In this document: piece by piece, positions 9,422-21,269 of the stretch
Position numbering within the stretch: the stretch's first letter is position 1
Layout: every line of letters begins with the position of its first letter
Assembly (NCBI RefSeq): GCF_020745735.1
Contig: NC_083409.1
Coordinates: 13,837,279-13,877,585 of the forward strand
Direction: 5' to 3'
Length of the DNA stretch: 40,307 nucleotides
DNA from: Hemiscyllium ocellatum
Lineage: Eukaryota
Notes under the pieces: model-generated
What the model was told of the DNA's origin: nothing
What the model saw: the letters and a program-made list of their open reading frames with translations, nothing else
Databases searched by the model: none
Made by a program: the position numbers and the translations under genes

Positions 9422-11424
9422 GTGCTCGACCTCTTGATAGCCAACTGCCGCCGTGACATCAACCGACTCAACCTGTCCACCCCTCTCACCCACTCCAACC
9501 TCTCACCCTCAGAACGTGCAGCCCTCCACTCCCTCCGCTCCAATCCCAACCTCACCATCAAACCCGCAGACAAGGGAGGCGCGGTGGTAGTTTGGCGCAC
9601 TGACCTGTACACCGCTGAAGCCAAACGCCAGCTCGCGGACGCCTCCTCTTATCGCCCCCTTGACCACGACCCCACCTCCCACCACCAAACCATCATCTCC
9701 CAGACCATCCAGGACCTCATCACCTCAGGGGATCTCCCATCCACCGCCTCCAACCTCATAGTCCCACAACCCCGCACCGCCCGTTTCTACCTCCTGCCCA
9801 AAATCCACAAACCTGCCTGCCCCGGCCGACCCATTGTCTCAGCCTGCTCCTGCCCCACCGAACTCATCTCCCAATACCTCGACACGGTCCTGTCCCCTTT
9901 AGTCCAAGAACTCCCCACCTACGTTCGGGACACCACCCACGCCCTCCACCTCCTCCAGGATTTTCGCTTCCCCGGTCCCCAACGCCTTATTTTCACTATG
10001 GACATCCAGTCCCTGTACACCTCCATCCCCCATCACGAAGGACTCAAAGCCCTCCGCTACTTCCTTTCCCGCCGCACCAACCAGTACCCTTCCACTGACA
10101 CCCTCCTTCGACTGAATGAACTGGTCCTCACCCTGAATAACTTCTCTTTTCAATCCTCCCACTTCCTCCAAACGAAAGGAGTTGCCATGGGCACCCGCAT
10201 GGGCCCCAGCTATGCCTGCATCTTCGTAGGATATGTGGAACAGTCCATCTTCCGCAACTACACTTCCCCCCACCTTTTCCTCCGCTACATCGATGACTGT
10301 ATCGGCGCTGCCTCGTGCTCCCACGAGGAGGTTGAACAGTTCATCAACTTTACTAACACCTTCCATCCCGACCTGAAATTCACCTGGACTGTCTCAGACT
10401 CCTCCCTCCCCTTCCTAGACCTTTCCATTTCTATCTCGGGCGACCGACTCAACACAGACATCTATTATAAACCGACTGACTCCCACAGCTACCTGGACTA
10501 CACCTCCTCCCACCCTGCCCCCTGTAAAAACGCCATCCCATATTCCCAATTCCTTCGGCTCCGCCGCATCTGCTCCCAGGAGGACCAATTCCAACACCGC
10601 ACAGCCCAGATGGCCTCCTTCTTCAAGGACCGCAGATTCCCCCCAGACGTGATCGACGATGCCCTCCACCGCATCTCCTCCACTTCCCGCTCCTCCGCCC
10701 TTGAGCCCCGCTCCTCCAACCGCCACCAAGACAGAACCCCACTGGTTCTCACCTACCACCCCACCAACCTGCGCATACAACGTATCATCCGCCGCCATTT
10801 CCGCCACCTCCAAACGGACCCCACCACCAAGGATATATTTCCCTCCCCTCCCCTATCAGCGTTCCGCAAGGACCACTCCCTTCGTGACTCCCTTGTCAGA
10901 TCCACACCCCCCACCAACCCAACCTCCACCCCCGGCACCTCCCCTGCAACCGCAGGAAATGTAAAACTTGCGCCCACACCTCCACACTCACGTCCCTCCA
11001 AGGCCCCAAGGGATCCTTCCATATCCGCCACAAGTTCACCTGTACCTCCACACACATCATCTATTGCATCCGCTGCACCCGATGTGGCCTCCTCTATATT
11101 GGTGAGACAGGCCGCTTACTTGCGGAACGCTTCAGAGAACACCTCTGGGCCGCCTGAACCAACCAACCCAATCACCCCGTGGCTCAACACTTTAACTCCC
11201 CCTCCCACTCCACCGAGGACATGCAGGTCCTTGGACTCCTCCACCGGCAGAACACAACTACACGACGGCTGGAGGAGGAGCGCCTCATCTTCCGCCTGGG
11301 AACCCTCCAACCACAAGGTATGAATTCAGATTTCTCCAGCTTCCTCATTTCCCCTCCCCCCACCTTGTCTCAGTCGGTTCCCTCAACTCAGCACCGCCCT
11401 CCTAACCTGCAATCCTCTTCCTGA
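9422..11424 (+). pseudogene. PLE polyprotein remnant: reverse transcriptase plus GIY-YIG endonuclease
   Basis: RT motifs: IKPADKGG, FYLLPKIHK..PGRPIVS, TMDIQSLYTSIP, GVAMGTRMGPSYA, FLRYIDD, LPFLDL, YYKPTD. A 1-nt loss at ~10940 shifts into CNRRKCKTC...IIYCIRC...LYIGET...RFREH. There is an in-frame TGA at 11155-11157, then VAQHFN...RRLEEERLIFRLGTLQPQGMN to the stop at 11424. Confidence 0.92.
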
Positions 11425-11557
11425 CCTCTCCGCCCCCACCCCACTCCGGCCGATCACCCTCACCTTGACCTCCTTCCACCTATCCCACCTCCATCGCCCC
11501 TCCCCCCAGTCCCTCCTCCCTACCTTTTATCTTAGCCTGCTTGGCTCTCTCTCTCTT

Positions 11558-11593
11558 ATTCCTGATGAAGGGCTTATGCTCGAAACGTCGAAT
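11558..11593 (+). ncRNA. Minimal type I hammerhead ribozyme motif in the PLE terminal repeat (core intact)
   Basis: AUUC-CUGAUGA-A-GGGC(UUAU)GCUC-GAAA-CGUC^GAAU: 4-bp stem I, stem II hairpin, palindromic ACGU stem III and a GUC cleavage triplet. Activity is not demonstrated. Confidence 0.75.
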
Positions 11594-12234
11594 TCTCTAT
11601 TCCTGAGATGCTGCCTGACCTGCTGTGCTTTGACCAGCAACACATTTGCAGCTGTGATCTCCAGCATCTGCAGACCTCATTTTTTACTCATGAGGATCTA
11701 ACCGGCTCCATCTGTAGAAACGAGGAGAAACAGAGAGAGAGAGAGAGAACAGCTTTCGGACCAGGATACTTATCTCACCGCAATGAAAATGCCCTGCATG
11801 CAATGATATATCAAAACGAAGTACTTTGGTGTGACTTTTGATTGTCTCCAGATTATGTCTTTTTCATTCTGTGATACACGGAGATAATGTCAGTATTGAG
11901 TATCACAAAGTATGTTTCCTCCATAAAACACTTTCCAACACAGTGTCTCCGTATTGTTTTACTCCCTGTTGACTCTTCCCTCACTCCGTCCCAGACCCAG
12001 AGGGATTGATGTCCGGAGTTCATGAACCCGCACTGTGTGGAGGTTGGTGTGAAGTGAGGCCAGTGTGTTGGAGCTTGGGCCCCTGCCTCAGGCCCAGGTG
12101 TAGGGTCCTGTTCAACAATCTGCACATTGTCCTTTTCCTCTTTCTGAATGTACTGGATCAAGTTGCAGTAATGAGCTGGCAACAAGGTGCCTTGTCTAAA
12201 ATGCTCCCAACATTGGATACAGAACTGGCTGAGT

Positions 12235-13300
12235 CAGAGGAGATAGAGGGCAGTGTTGGAAGGGTGGTTTTCAGAATGGAGGGCTGTGATTCCTGGTGTT
12301 CCACAGGGATCGGTGGTGGGAACTCTGCTGTATATGGTCTGCATTAATGATATGGAGGAAAACGTATCTGGTCTAATTAATAAGTTTACGGTTAATACAA
12401 AGATTGGTAGAGTTACGGATAATGAGAAAGTATGTCAGAGGATACAGCAGGATGTAGATCAGTTGGTTGCATGGACAGAAAAATGGAAGATGTAGTTTAA
12501 TCCAGGCAAATGTGAGGTGATGCATTTTGAAAGATGATGTACAGGTGGGAATTATACAGTGAATGGCAGAATCCTTTGGAGTATTGATATGCAGCGGGAT
12601 CTGGGTGTGTATGTTCACAGATCACTGAAGGTGGCAGCACAGGGAGGTAAGGCAGTAAAAAAGGCTTATGGCCTGCTTGCCTTCATTGGAAGGGGCATTG
12701 AGTGTAAGGACAAACAAGTTACGTGCAGCTTTATCGAACTTCAGTACGGCCACACTTGGAATATGGCATACAGTTCTGGTCACCACACTACCAGAAGGAT
12801 GTGGATGCTTTGAAGATGGTGCAGAAAACGTTTATCAGGATATTGTCTGGTATGAAAGATTTTAGTTCTGAAGAAATGTTGGATAGACTGCGTTTGTTTT
12901 CACTGGAATGGGGGAAAATGAGGCATGACCCGATAGAAGTTTGTAAAGTTGTGAACGGCATAGGTAGAGTGTAAAATATGAGGCGTTTATTTTCCAGTTT
13001 GGAGGGATCAATTATCAGGGAAGAGAGGTTCAAGGTGCAGAGGTGGGGGAATTTAAAAGAGATGTGGGAGACATGTATTTCACACAAAGGGAGTTGAGTA
13101 CCTGGAACACACTGCCAGAGGAGGGGGTGGAAGCAGACACAATAGAAATATTCAAGAAATACCTGCACTAATGCATGATTAGGAAGGGAATAGGGGGACA
13201 TGAATCCTGTAGGTGAAGATAGTTTCAGTGAGGAAGGGCAAAATGTATCAGCACAGGCTTGAAGGGCCGAAGGGCCTGTTCCTGTGCTGTATTGTTCCTT
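12235..13300 (+). mobile_element. CR1 ORF2 3' fragment
   Basis: GVPQGSVVGTLL...INKFTVNTKIG...VRPHLEYGIQFWSP, followed by the CR1 tail gggccgaagggcctgttcctgtgctgt. Confidence 0.88.
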
Positions 13301-14951
13301 GTTCTTTGGTCCCTGCTGTTGAATTGGATTCTCGGGAGCCAGCTCCGTATGAAGAGCCTGTTCTCATTCTTTTGTTGGAGTTCATGGGGCAGCTGCTGCT
13401 TCCTTGCTACGTCACTGATCAAACCAACAAATTGGGAAGCCTCTTGATATTTTAAATACACTGTCTGCAGGAAAATGTTTGACCGAGGTTTTAATATTGT
13501 TTAATAAGAGAATGACGTCAATACACCAGTGTTGTTTACGGCTGGGAACATTTAATATCATGGTCTGAGAATTCAATGGATCCTCACTCGTGACAATACA
13601 GTTTTCAATGTTTCTCTCCCCTTACGTGTTATGAAGAAGTTTTCAAACGTGTTATGATGAGGACAGTGCATCTTCAACACCGTGTGACGGAGTGGGTGGC
13701 TGTTTGAATTCTCACTTATGATAATACAGTTTTAAATGTGTCAGTGTTGCTTTCCCCACTCTCTGGGGGGTGTCGCTGTCACTATCCCCACCCCACCCTT
13801 CACTCTCGAGGTGATACCATTTTTAGCAACCTTTCTGTCTGAGAATGTCCCTGTTCTTGTGCCCCTCTCTCAGGGATGGGGTGGGTGTTTCACATGCACC
13901 TGGTTTGTTAGTTCCACTTACTCTCTTGTGAAATGGGTAATCCCTGTTTTACTCTGGTAACAGTGAGTTAAAACCCAGTAGAGTTCACCTTCATCTCCAT
14001 CATATCTCAGAGCCTAAGGTTGGTCAGTACTGTCTGGCTCCAGAACAATCCCACCACTTCCCGTAGTTTTCCTTCTTTCCTATCTTTACTGAACACTTTG
14101 GATCCAGGAATTCCCAGTCCCGCCCGATCTCTGTTAGAGCCACAGCATCAGATTTCTACTTTGCAATCTGCATCTGTAACTCCCCAATACTGTATTATTG
14201 ACCCATTTCAGTCTGTTTCCCATCAGTCAGGGTCCTTAATTGGCAAAGGCTGACTTTAAATAATCTCAGTGACTGTGGAGACCTGGTGAGGTTGGAAAAA
14301 ATCAGAAGGATCAGTTGCCCCTTTTGTATTATGTACAGGGTCCGGGACACAACAACGGGACCCCAGGGGGCCAGTTGTGCTCGGGTCTGGGACTGAGGAG
14401 CAAGAGCGGGGTCTGTAATCTCTGATCGCTGTCCCTGATTTGTGGGTCCCTCTGATGGAGACCATTGACAAATCCATTGTCAAGATCGCCACCTCTTGGC
14501 CTGGAGAAGCAAGAACATGCAGTGCTCGTGGGAATAACCTGAAAGTGATCAGAGGACAAGGTCAAAAATCATACGACACCAGGTTATAATCCAATAGGTT
14601 TATTATAAGACACAAGCCTCGCCCCTTATTCAGGTGCTCAAGGAGCAAACAAGGTGAATTTATTCAACAGAGAAAACAAACTCTGCTGTTCATTTCCTTC
14701 TCGGTTGACTCGGTTGAATATCACACACACACTCAGAGTGGCACCTACAGGCATCATTATGTAGTATACTCGCACTCAGAGGAACACACAGCCTGCAGTG
14801 TTAGTGATTGGCCTAAGATCACTTCAGGTACAACACAGCATGCAGCAAAGAGTGCAGAGTGCAATCCCAGCACCTGAGCGTGGACCACAGAGTGAAGAGG
14901 GAATGTCGAAGATTGTAATTATTGAGTCCTAACAGCTTTGTGTTTCTCGGT

Positions 14952-16330
14952 AAAAACAAGGACTGCAGATGCTGGAAACCAGAGGCTAGATCAGAGTGGT
15001 GCTGGAAAAGCACAGCAGGTCAGGCAGCATCCATGGAGAAGGAAAATCAATGTTTCGGGCAAAATCCCTTCATCAGGAATAGAAGTAGGGTGGTGCAGAG
15101 TGGAGAGATAAATATGGGGGGGTTGGGGAGAAAGTAGCATAGAGTACAATAGGTGAATGGGGTGGAGATGGAGGTGATAGGTCAGAGAGGAGGGTGGGGG
15201 AAGGTAGCAAAGAGTACAATAGGTGAATTCAGGTGGGGATGGAGATGATAGGTCAGAGAGGAGGGTGGAGTGGATAGGTGGAAAGGTAGATAAGCAGGTA
15301 GGACAGGTCATGAGGATGGTGCTGAGGCTGGAACGTTGGAGCTGGGGTGAGGTGTGGGAAGGTGAAATGAGGAAGCTGGTGAAATCCACATTGATGCCAT
15401 GGGATTGAAGTGTTCGGAGGCGGAAGATGAGGCGTTCTTCCTCCAGGCGTCGGGTGGTGAGGGAGCGGCGGTGGAGGAGGCCTAGGACTTGCATGTCCTC
15501 GACAAGGTGGGAGGGGGAGTTGAAATGTTGGGCCACAGGGCAGTGGGGTTGATTGGTGTGCTTGTCCCTGAGGTGTTCCCTAAAGTACTCTTCAAGGAGG
15601 CGTCCAGTCTCCCCAATATAAAGGAGACTGCATCGGGTGCAACGGATACAATAAATGATATTGGTGGATGTGCAGATAAAAATTTGATGGATGTGGAAGG
15701 CTCTTTTGGGGCCTTAGATGGAGGTGAGGGAGGAGGTGGGGGCGCAGGTTTTGCAATTCCTGCGGTGGCAGGGGAGGGTGTCAGGAAGGGAGGGTGGATT
15801 GTTGGGGGACGTGGACCTGACCAGGTAGTCACGGATGGAACGGTCTTTGCGGAAAGCAGGAATGGGTGGGGAGGAAATATATCCCTGGTGGTGGAGTCCG
15901 TTAGGAGGTGACGGAAATGTCGTCGGATGATGTGGTTTATGCGTAGGTTGGTAGGGTGGAAGGTGAGCACCAGGGGGATTCTGTCCTTGTTATGGTTTGG
16001 AGGGGTGGGGTTTGAGGGCGGAGGGGTGGGATGTGGACGAGCTGCGTTGGAGCGCATCTTTGACCATGTGGGAAGAGAAATTGCAGTCTCTAAATAAGGA
16101 GGCCATCTGGTGTGTTCTTTGGTGGAACTGGTCCTCCTGGGAGCAGATATGGCGGAGGCAGAGGAATTGGGAATATGGGATGTCATTTTTGCAAGAGGTA
16201 GGTTGGGATGTGGTGTAATCCTCGTTGTCGGTAGATTTGTATAAAATGTCAGTGTCAAGTCGGTCATCATTAATGAAGATGGAGTGGTCCAGGATGGGGA
16301 GGGTGGAGTCAGAGATGGTCCAGGTGGTCA
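14952..16330 (-). mobile_element. Second Penelope-like element, 3' portion, decayed
   Basis: Minus-strand pieces: TWTISDSTLP, CKNDIPYSQFL, DRIPLVLTFHPTNLRI, VAQHFNSPSH...RRLEEERLIFRL. The terminal repeat has a CpG-decayed hammerhead motif at 15045-15080 and an internal ~70-bp tandem duplication (15131-15270). Confidence 0.9.
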
Positions 16331-16854
16331 TTAATGGAAATCTGTTTGGAATCTTGTAAACTCAAATGATTCCAGATCAAAGGGATCATTTGAAAGTGAT
16401 TGATGATGTGTCAGTATCCTCTACAACGGATGTGTCATTGATTGACAGGCCAATGAGCCAATTGTGACAATGCCATGCTGAAATGCAGCCAATCAGTTGA
16501 ATGGAGTGGTCAATCTCCAAAGCACACAGACACAGAGACTGAATCTTCTTCATCTTTATTCCCTTTTCCAGATTGACATTGACAGAAAACAGACAGCAAT
16601 TAACAGCCCAGACAGAGGAAGCTGCACAAATTCACAGCCACAATGGAGCTTGAGGAAAACACTTGTGGAGGTTTTCTCAATAGCACGAGAATCCTGTCCC
16701 TTTAAACAGTGACAAAACCTTAAACTGGAACTGGCGGCTGAGCAGGAAGGAGATCTGGTTTACTGAAACAGAGACTTCTGAGGTTCACATTGTTTTGTAC
16801 AGCTGACAGTCTTTAGCAACTTCAAGAGATTTTACTTGGCATCACAAGTCAACT

Positions 16855-16935
16855 CTGCCCCTATCAAACACTCCCAGAACAGGGACAGCATGGGGTTTGA
16901 CACAGCGTAAAGCTCTATCTACAGTGTCCCAATGA
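16855..16935. repeat. Single degenerate unit of a short interspersed/tandem repeat I recall from elasmobranch DNA
   Basis: ccctatcaaacactcccagaacagggacagcatggggtttgacacagcgtaaagctctatctacagtgtccc. Recognised from memory only. Confidence 0.4.
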
Positions 16936-17086
16936 CCTGCCTTAACCCCTGAACCTCAGAAATGTCTCTGATTCGGTCCTGAGAAGGAAGAGAGTTGAAA
17001 TTCAGTTCTGACAATGACCTTTGTCCTGCCAGCTCAGCCCTGTTCTATTCAAAGTTGTGTCTCCTCTGTGGACTGTCTTGAACACT

Positions 17087-17415
17087 CTACACACATTCTG
17101 ATCTCCTGATGCTCTTGCTGAGGGGAGAAGGGAGGGTCACGTGGGTGAGGGCACATGAGAAGCGAGCGTCAGACTCCCAGTCAGACCCAGAGAGGGTCAG
17201 CAGGCTGCTGACACTGTAGGTGCTGTCCGAAGCTCGCAGGTAGTTGCTGGTTTGAACCCCGTCCAAAATGACTGCACCGTCCATCTACCACTGCACCTCC
17301 AGCTCATCGGGATAGAAGTGATTGGCAAGGCACACCAGGGTGGCAGTGCCCTTGGCATTGACCTGCTCTGGGGAGAGGAGCAGCAGGGTCAGCTTGGGCT
17401 GAGAGTTCTCACTGC
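17087..17415 (-). pseudogene. IGKC: Ig kappa-type (NS4-like) light-chain constant exon with an internal stop
   Basis: Acceptor tttcag|GC at 17416/17415. Translation: (S)SENSQPKLTLLLLSPEQVNAKGTATLVCLANHFYPDELEVQW*MDGAVILDGVQTSNYLRASDSTYSVSSLLTLSGSDWESDARFSCALTHVTLPSPLSKSIRRSECV*. Both C1-set Cys, the Trp and the penultimate Cys are present. In-frame TAG at 17285-17287. Confidence 0.95.
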
Positions 17416-17562
17416 CTGAAAGACAAGAGAAACAATTTTAATCCCTGTTATTTGAAGAGATTTTAACTCTCTGAACATTCACTGGCAAAACAATCCATTT
17501 GAACATTTGTAGCCAATACCTAACAAACCCCAGAAATAAACAAGCATTGTTCAAATTGCTTC

Positions 17563-17895
17563 TTGGATGTGAGTGTCACTGGCAGGATCAGCATTTATTG
17601 CCCATCCCTAATCACCCAGAGGGCAGTTTAGAGTCAACCACATTGCTGTGGGTCTGGAGTCACATGGTAAGGATGGCAGGTTCCTTCCCGAAAGGACATC
17701 AGGGAATCAGATTTTTTTTCCTGACAATCAACAATTGTTTCATGGTCATCATTCGACTCTTAATTGCAGATTTTAAAAATTGAATTCACATTCCACCATC
17801 TGCTGCAGCAGGATTCTAACCCTGGCCCCCAGAACATTAATCTGGATCTCTGGATGAACAGCTCAGCAATAGTACCATTAAATCATCACCTCCTT
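17563..17895 (-). mobile_element. tRNA-derived SINE, near full length, ~150 bp from the C acceptor
   Basis: The minus-strand head ggaggtgatgatttaatggtactattgc...gggttagaatcc has degenerate A/B boxes, and the body matches the fragment at 6950-7082. Confidence 0.7.
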
Positions 17896-17994
17896 TATCT
17901 TATTTTTAGTTGCGAGTGAAAGCAAGAAGTTTGTTTCTGAGCAGGGTGATTAGAAATAGAACAACTGAAAGACTCCCAGTTCATCCCAAAAAAG

Positions 17995-18750
17995 ATTAGT
18001 TCCTTGAAAGTGGAGTTGCAGGTAGGTAGGGGGGTGACGAAGTCATTTGGCATGCTTTCCTTTATTGGGCAATGCATTGAGTATTGGAGTTGGGAGCTGA
18101 TGCACCTGTATAGGACATCAGTTTGGCCCCTTTTGGAATACTGTGTGGAATTCTGGACTCCCTGCTGTAGGAAAAACGTTGGGAACCTTGAAATGATTCA
18201 GAAAATATTTCCAAGGATGTGCCAAGTTGGAGGGTTGGAGCGATCGGGAGAGGCTGAATAGGCTGAGGCTATTTTCCCTGGATCGCTGGAGGCTGAGGGG
18301 TGACCATATCGAGGTTTTTAACATAATGAGGGACATTGATCAAGTGAATACAGAAGATATTTTGGTCAGAGTGAAGGAGTCCAGAACTAGGGGGCATAGG
18401 TGGAAAGTATCAGGAGAATGATTGAAATGGGAAATAAGGTAGAATGTTTTACTGCAGAGAGTGGTACATTTTTGGAATGAGCTGCCAGAGGAAGTGGTGG
18501 AGGCTGGTATGATAACACTTAAAAGGCATTTGGGTGAGTATATGAATAGGAAGGGTTTGGAAAGATATGGGCCAAATACTGACAAATGGGACTAGATTAA
18601 TTTAGGTTATCTGGTCGGCATTGACAAGTTACACAGAAGGATCTATTTCTGTGCTGTACATCTCTCTGACACTATGACTCTGTCTCTGTGGTTGACATGG
18701 ATGAGTCAGATCGAAGAGTCTGTTTCCATGCTGTACATCTCTATGACTCT
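17995..18750 (+). mobile_element. CR1 3' fragment with a duplicated tail
   Basis: VWPLLEYCVEFWTP...RLRGDHIEVF. Two consecutive tails ending ctgtacatctct..tatgactct (~18655-18680 and ~18730-18750). Confidence 0.85.
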
Positions 18751-18754
18751 AATT

Positions 18755-18950
18755 GTGTTTCAATCAAGCCCTCGGCACCTCAGGCTCTCCCAAAGACAGT
18801 TACACTTTGCTTGAAAACCAGTCACTGTTGCAATTTCAGGAAAGGGGCAGCCAATTTCTGCACAGCAAGATCCCACTGGAAGCAATGACATCAAAGAGCA
18901 ATAATGATGTTGGCTCAATGATAAATATTGGCCTGAACTCAACCCAAAGA
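18755..18950 (-). mobile_element. Deu-domain SINE, 3' part
   Basis: The minus strand ggccaatatttatc..agccaacatc..gtgggatcttgctgtgcagaaattggctgcc..tttcct..attgcaacagtgact..tttggga..cctgaggt matches the recalled Deu-domain/3' consensus. Confidence 0.7.
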
Positions 18951-19099
18951 GAAAGTAATTTGGTTCAGTTGAATGGAAACTGAGAAAATAGAAGATAAAG
19001 GAGAAGGTAGGATTGCTGGTTAGTGATGCTTGTTAGTGATTGTTACAAGTAAATAAAAGGAAGGGTTGGAATTTTTGAACATCAAAGGAACCATAAAAG

Positions 19100-21258
19100 T
19101 GCAGGGAAAATCAATAATAGATCAAACTTAAAGATTTTGTGTCTAAATGCACGAAGCATTCCGAGTCAGGGAGACAAAGTGATGCCCCAAATCGAGGTAA
19201 ATTGAATTTCCAAGTAATTTAAACTATTTAAAGTGGAGGAGGGCTCAGGAGAGGTTGGCAAAGATTCTAGAAGATGTAATAGGACTGAGAGCATGGAAGG
19301 GATCATGAATCAAATGTCAAGCACAGCAGATAAGAGGACAATGATGAGAAGGAGGGCAGTCAATGTAGGACTGAGGGTGTTGTACTTAAATGCACAAGAT
19401 ATACACAATAAGCTTGTAGTACAGTCAGAAGGTGTAGAATCTGTGTGGGGAGTGTTGAGGAACCCAAGAAATAAAGAATCTGATGCAAGTTCAGGTCTCC
19501 AAGCAGTAAACAGGGTGTGGGGAAGGAAATCAATCAGGAGACAGAAAAGTCATTAAAAAAAGGTCAGGGCAGACTTCAATGGATAGGTGGATTGGGTAGC
19601 ACGTCTCAACAAAAAGATTTCATGGAATGTCTATGAGACGGTTTTTGAAACAGCTTGCGGTTTGGAACAGGCAGTTCTGGATTCAGTGATGTGTAATGAG
19701 GCAAACTTGGTTAGTGAGCTGAAGATGAAAGTGTCCCTCTGGATAAGTGACCATAATACGATAGAATTCCCCCTGCAGTTTGAGAGGCAGAAGCTGCAAT
19801 CAGATGGAACAGTATTTCAATTGAGTAAAGGGAACGACAAAGACGTGAGGAAGGAGCTGGCCAGAGTTGATTGGAAGGGGAGCTGAGCAGGTAAGATGGT
19901 GTGGCAGCAAACAGAAGAATTTCTGGGGGTAATTCAGGAAGCAGAGTAGGAATTTATCCCAAAAAAGAAGAAACACACTAAGGGGAGGACAATGTAACCA
20001 TGGCTGGTGAGGGAGGTCAAGGACAGCATAAAAGCAAAAGAAAAAGCACACAATGTGGTGGAAAATAGTGGGAGGCCAGAGGATTAGGAAGTCTTTAAAA
20101 CCTGTAGAGGATAACAAAAAAAAACATTCAGGGTACAGAAGGTGAAATGTGGGGGAAAGCGAGCCAGTAATATAAAAGAATATTGCAAGAATTTCATCAG
20201 ATATATAAAAAGGAAGAGGGAGACAGAAATAGACATTGGAAAAAGAATAATAGGAAATGAAGAAAAAGCAGAGGAATTGAATACATACATTACATCAGTC
20301 TGCACAATGGAAAACACCAGCAGTGTCCCAATACTTCAAGACTGTTAGGGGGCAGAGGTGAGTGCAGTGGCCATTACTCAGGAGGAGGTACTGGGGAAGC
20401 TGAAATGTCTGAGTGTGGATTACTCACCCAGACTAGATGAATTACACCAGTGTGTTCTGAAGGAGCTCACTGAGGAGATTGTGGGGACATTTTTGATGAT
20501 CTTTCAGGAATCAATGGAGTCAGGGAGTGGAGGTATTTTCTAAATGAGGAAAGCCTTTGGAAATCTAAAGCACAAACTTCATTCAGGATTTTCTTAAGGT
20601 TAACAGGCAGGTCCAGTTTGTGCTTGGGAAGGCAAATGAAATGTTAGCATTCATTTCAATAGTGCCAGAATACAAGAGCAGAGATGTACTGCTGAGGCTG
20701 TGTAAGGCTCTGGTCAGTCTGAATTTGGAATATTGTGAGCAGATTTAGGATCCATATTCTTTGAAACGATGTGCTGGCATTGGAGGGGTTTACAAGAATG
20801 ATCCTGGGGATGGAGGGCTTGTCATATGAGGCACGGTTAAGGACTCTGGGTCTGTACTCAATGGAGTTTAGAAGGATGAGGAGGGATTTTATTGAAATTT
20901 GCAGAATACTGATAGACCTGGATAGAGTGGATGGGGGAGAAGATGTTTCCGAAAACAGAAGAGACGAGGTAACCAAAGCACAGCCTCAGAATGAAGGGCC
21001 GACCCTTTCGAGCTGAGATGAGGAGGGATTTCTTCAGCCAGAGGGTGGTGAATCTGTGGAACTCATTGTTACAGAGGACAGGGAGGCCAAGTCACTGAGT
21101 GTATTTAAGACAGAGATAGATAGGTTCATGGTTGTTAAGGGGATGGAAAGTTCCTTGGAGTAGGCAGGAGAATGGGGGTGAGAAGCATATCTGCCAAGGT
21201 CAAATGGCAGAGCAGACTCCATGGGCTGAATGGCTGATTTCTGCTCCTATTTCTCAAA
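19100..21258 (+). mobile_element. Heavily deleted CR1 ORF2 (APE to 3' tail)
   Basis: Remnants: LRVLYLNAQDIHNK, SDHNTIEF, ELARVDW, EEKAEELNTY, LEGFTRMILGMEGLSYE, plus a CR1 tail. Confidence 0.8.
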
Positions 21259-21269
21259 GTTTTCTGGAG

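Larger units (their letters stand above)
9373..11686 (+). mobile_element. Penelope-like retroelement (RT plus GIY-YIG, Neptune-like Cys linker), 5'-truncated
   Basis: Flanked by an exact 13-bp TSD CTCATGAGGATCT (9360-9372 and 11687-11699). Encodes a PLE-type RT and a GIY-YIG endonuclease, and ends in the terminal repeat with a hammerhead motif. Confidence 0.93.

Noticed and set aside
9899-11055. Several 84-155 aa minus-strand ORFs
   Set aside because: They are antisense shadows of the C-rich PLE reading frame.
11853-12185. 110-aa minus-strand ORF in unique sequence
   Set aside because: No recognisable motif, and the length is compatible with chance. It would need BLASTX support.
13580-13745. 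Short local direct repeats (ctcact..tga.aatacagtttt.aatgt twice; acgtgttatga twice)
   Set aside because: Two-copy degenerate duplications with no element hallmarks or functional motif.
14688-14698. Near-EICE AGGAAATGAAC 2.4 kb downstream of C as a 3' enhancer
   Set aside because: It has a mismatch in the IRF half-site and is expected by chance at this stringency.
15045-15080. Hammerhead motif in the second PLE as an active ribozyme
   Set aside because: CGUC has decayed to CAUU, losing the palindromic stem III, and stem I is weakened. The copies at 763, 22140 (core truncated), 39728 and 40084 also have core lesions.
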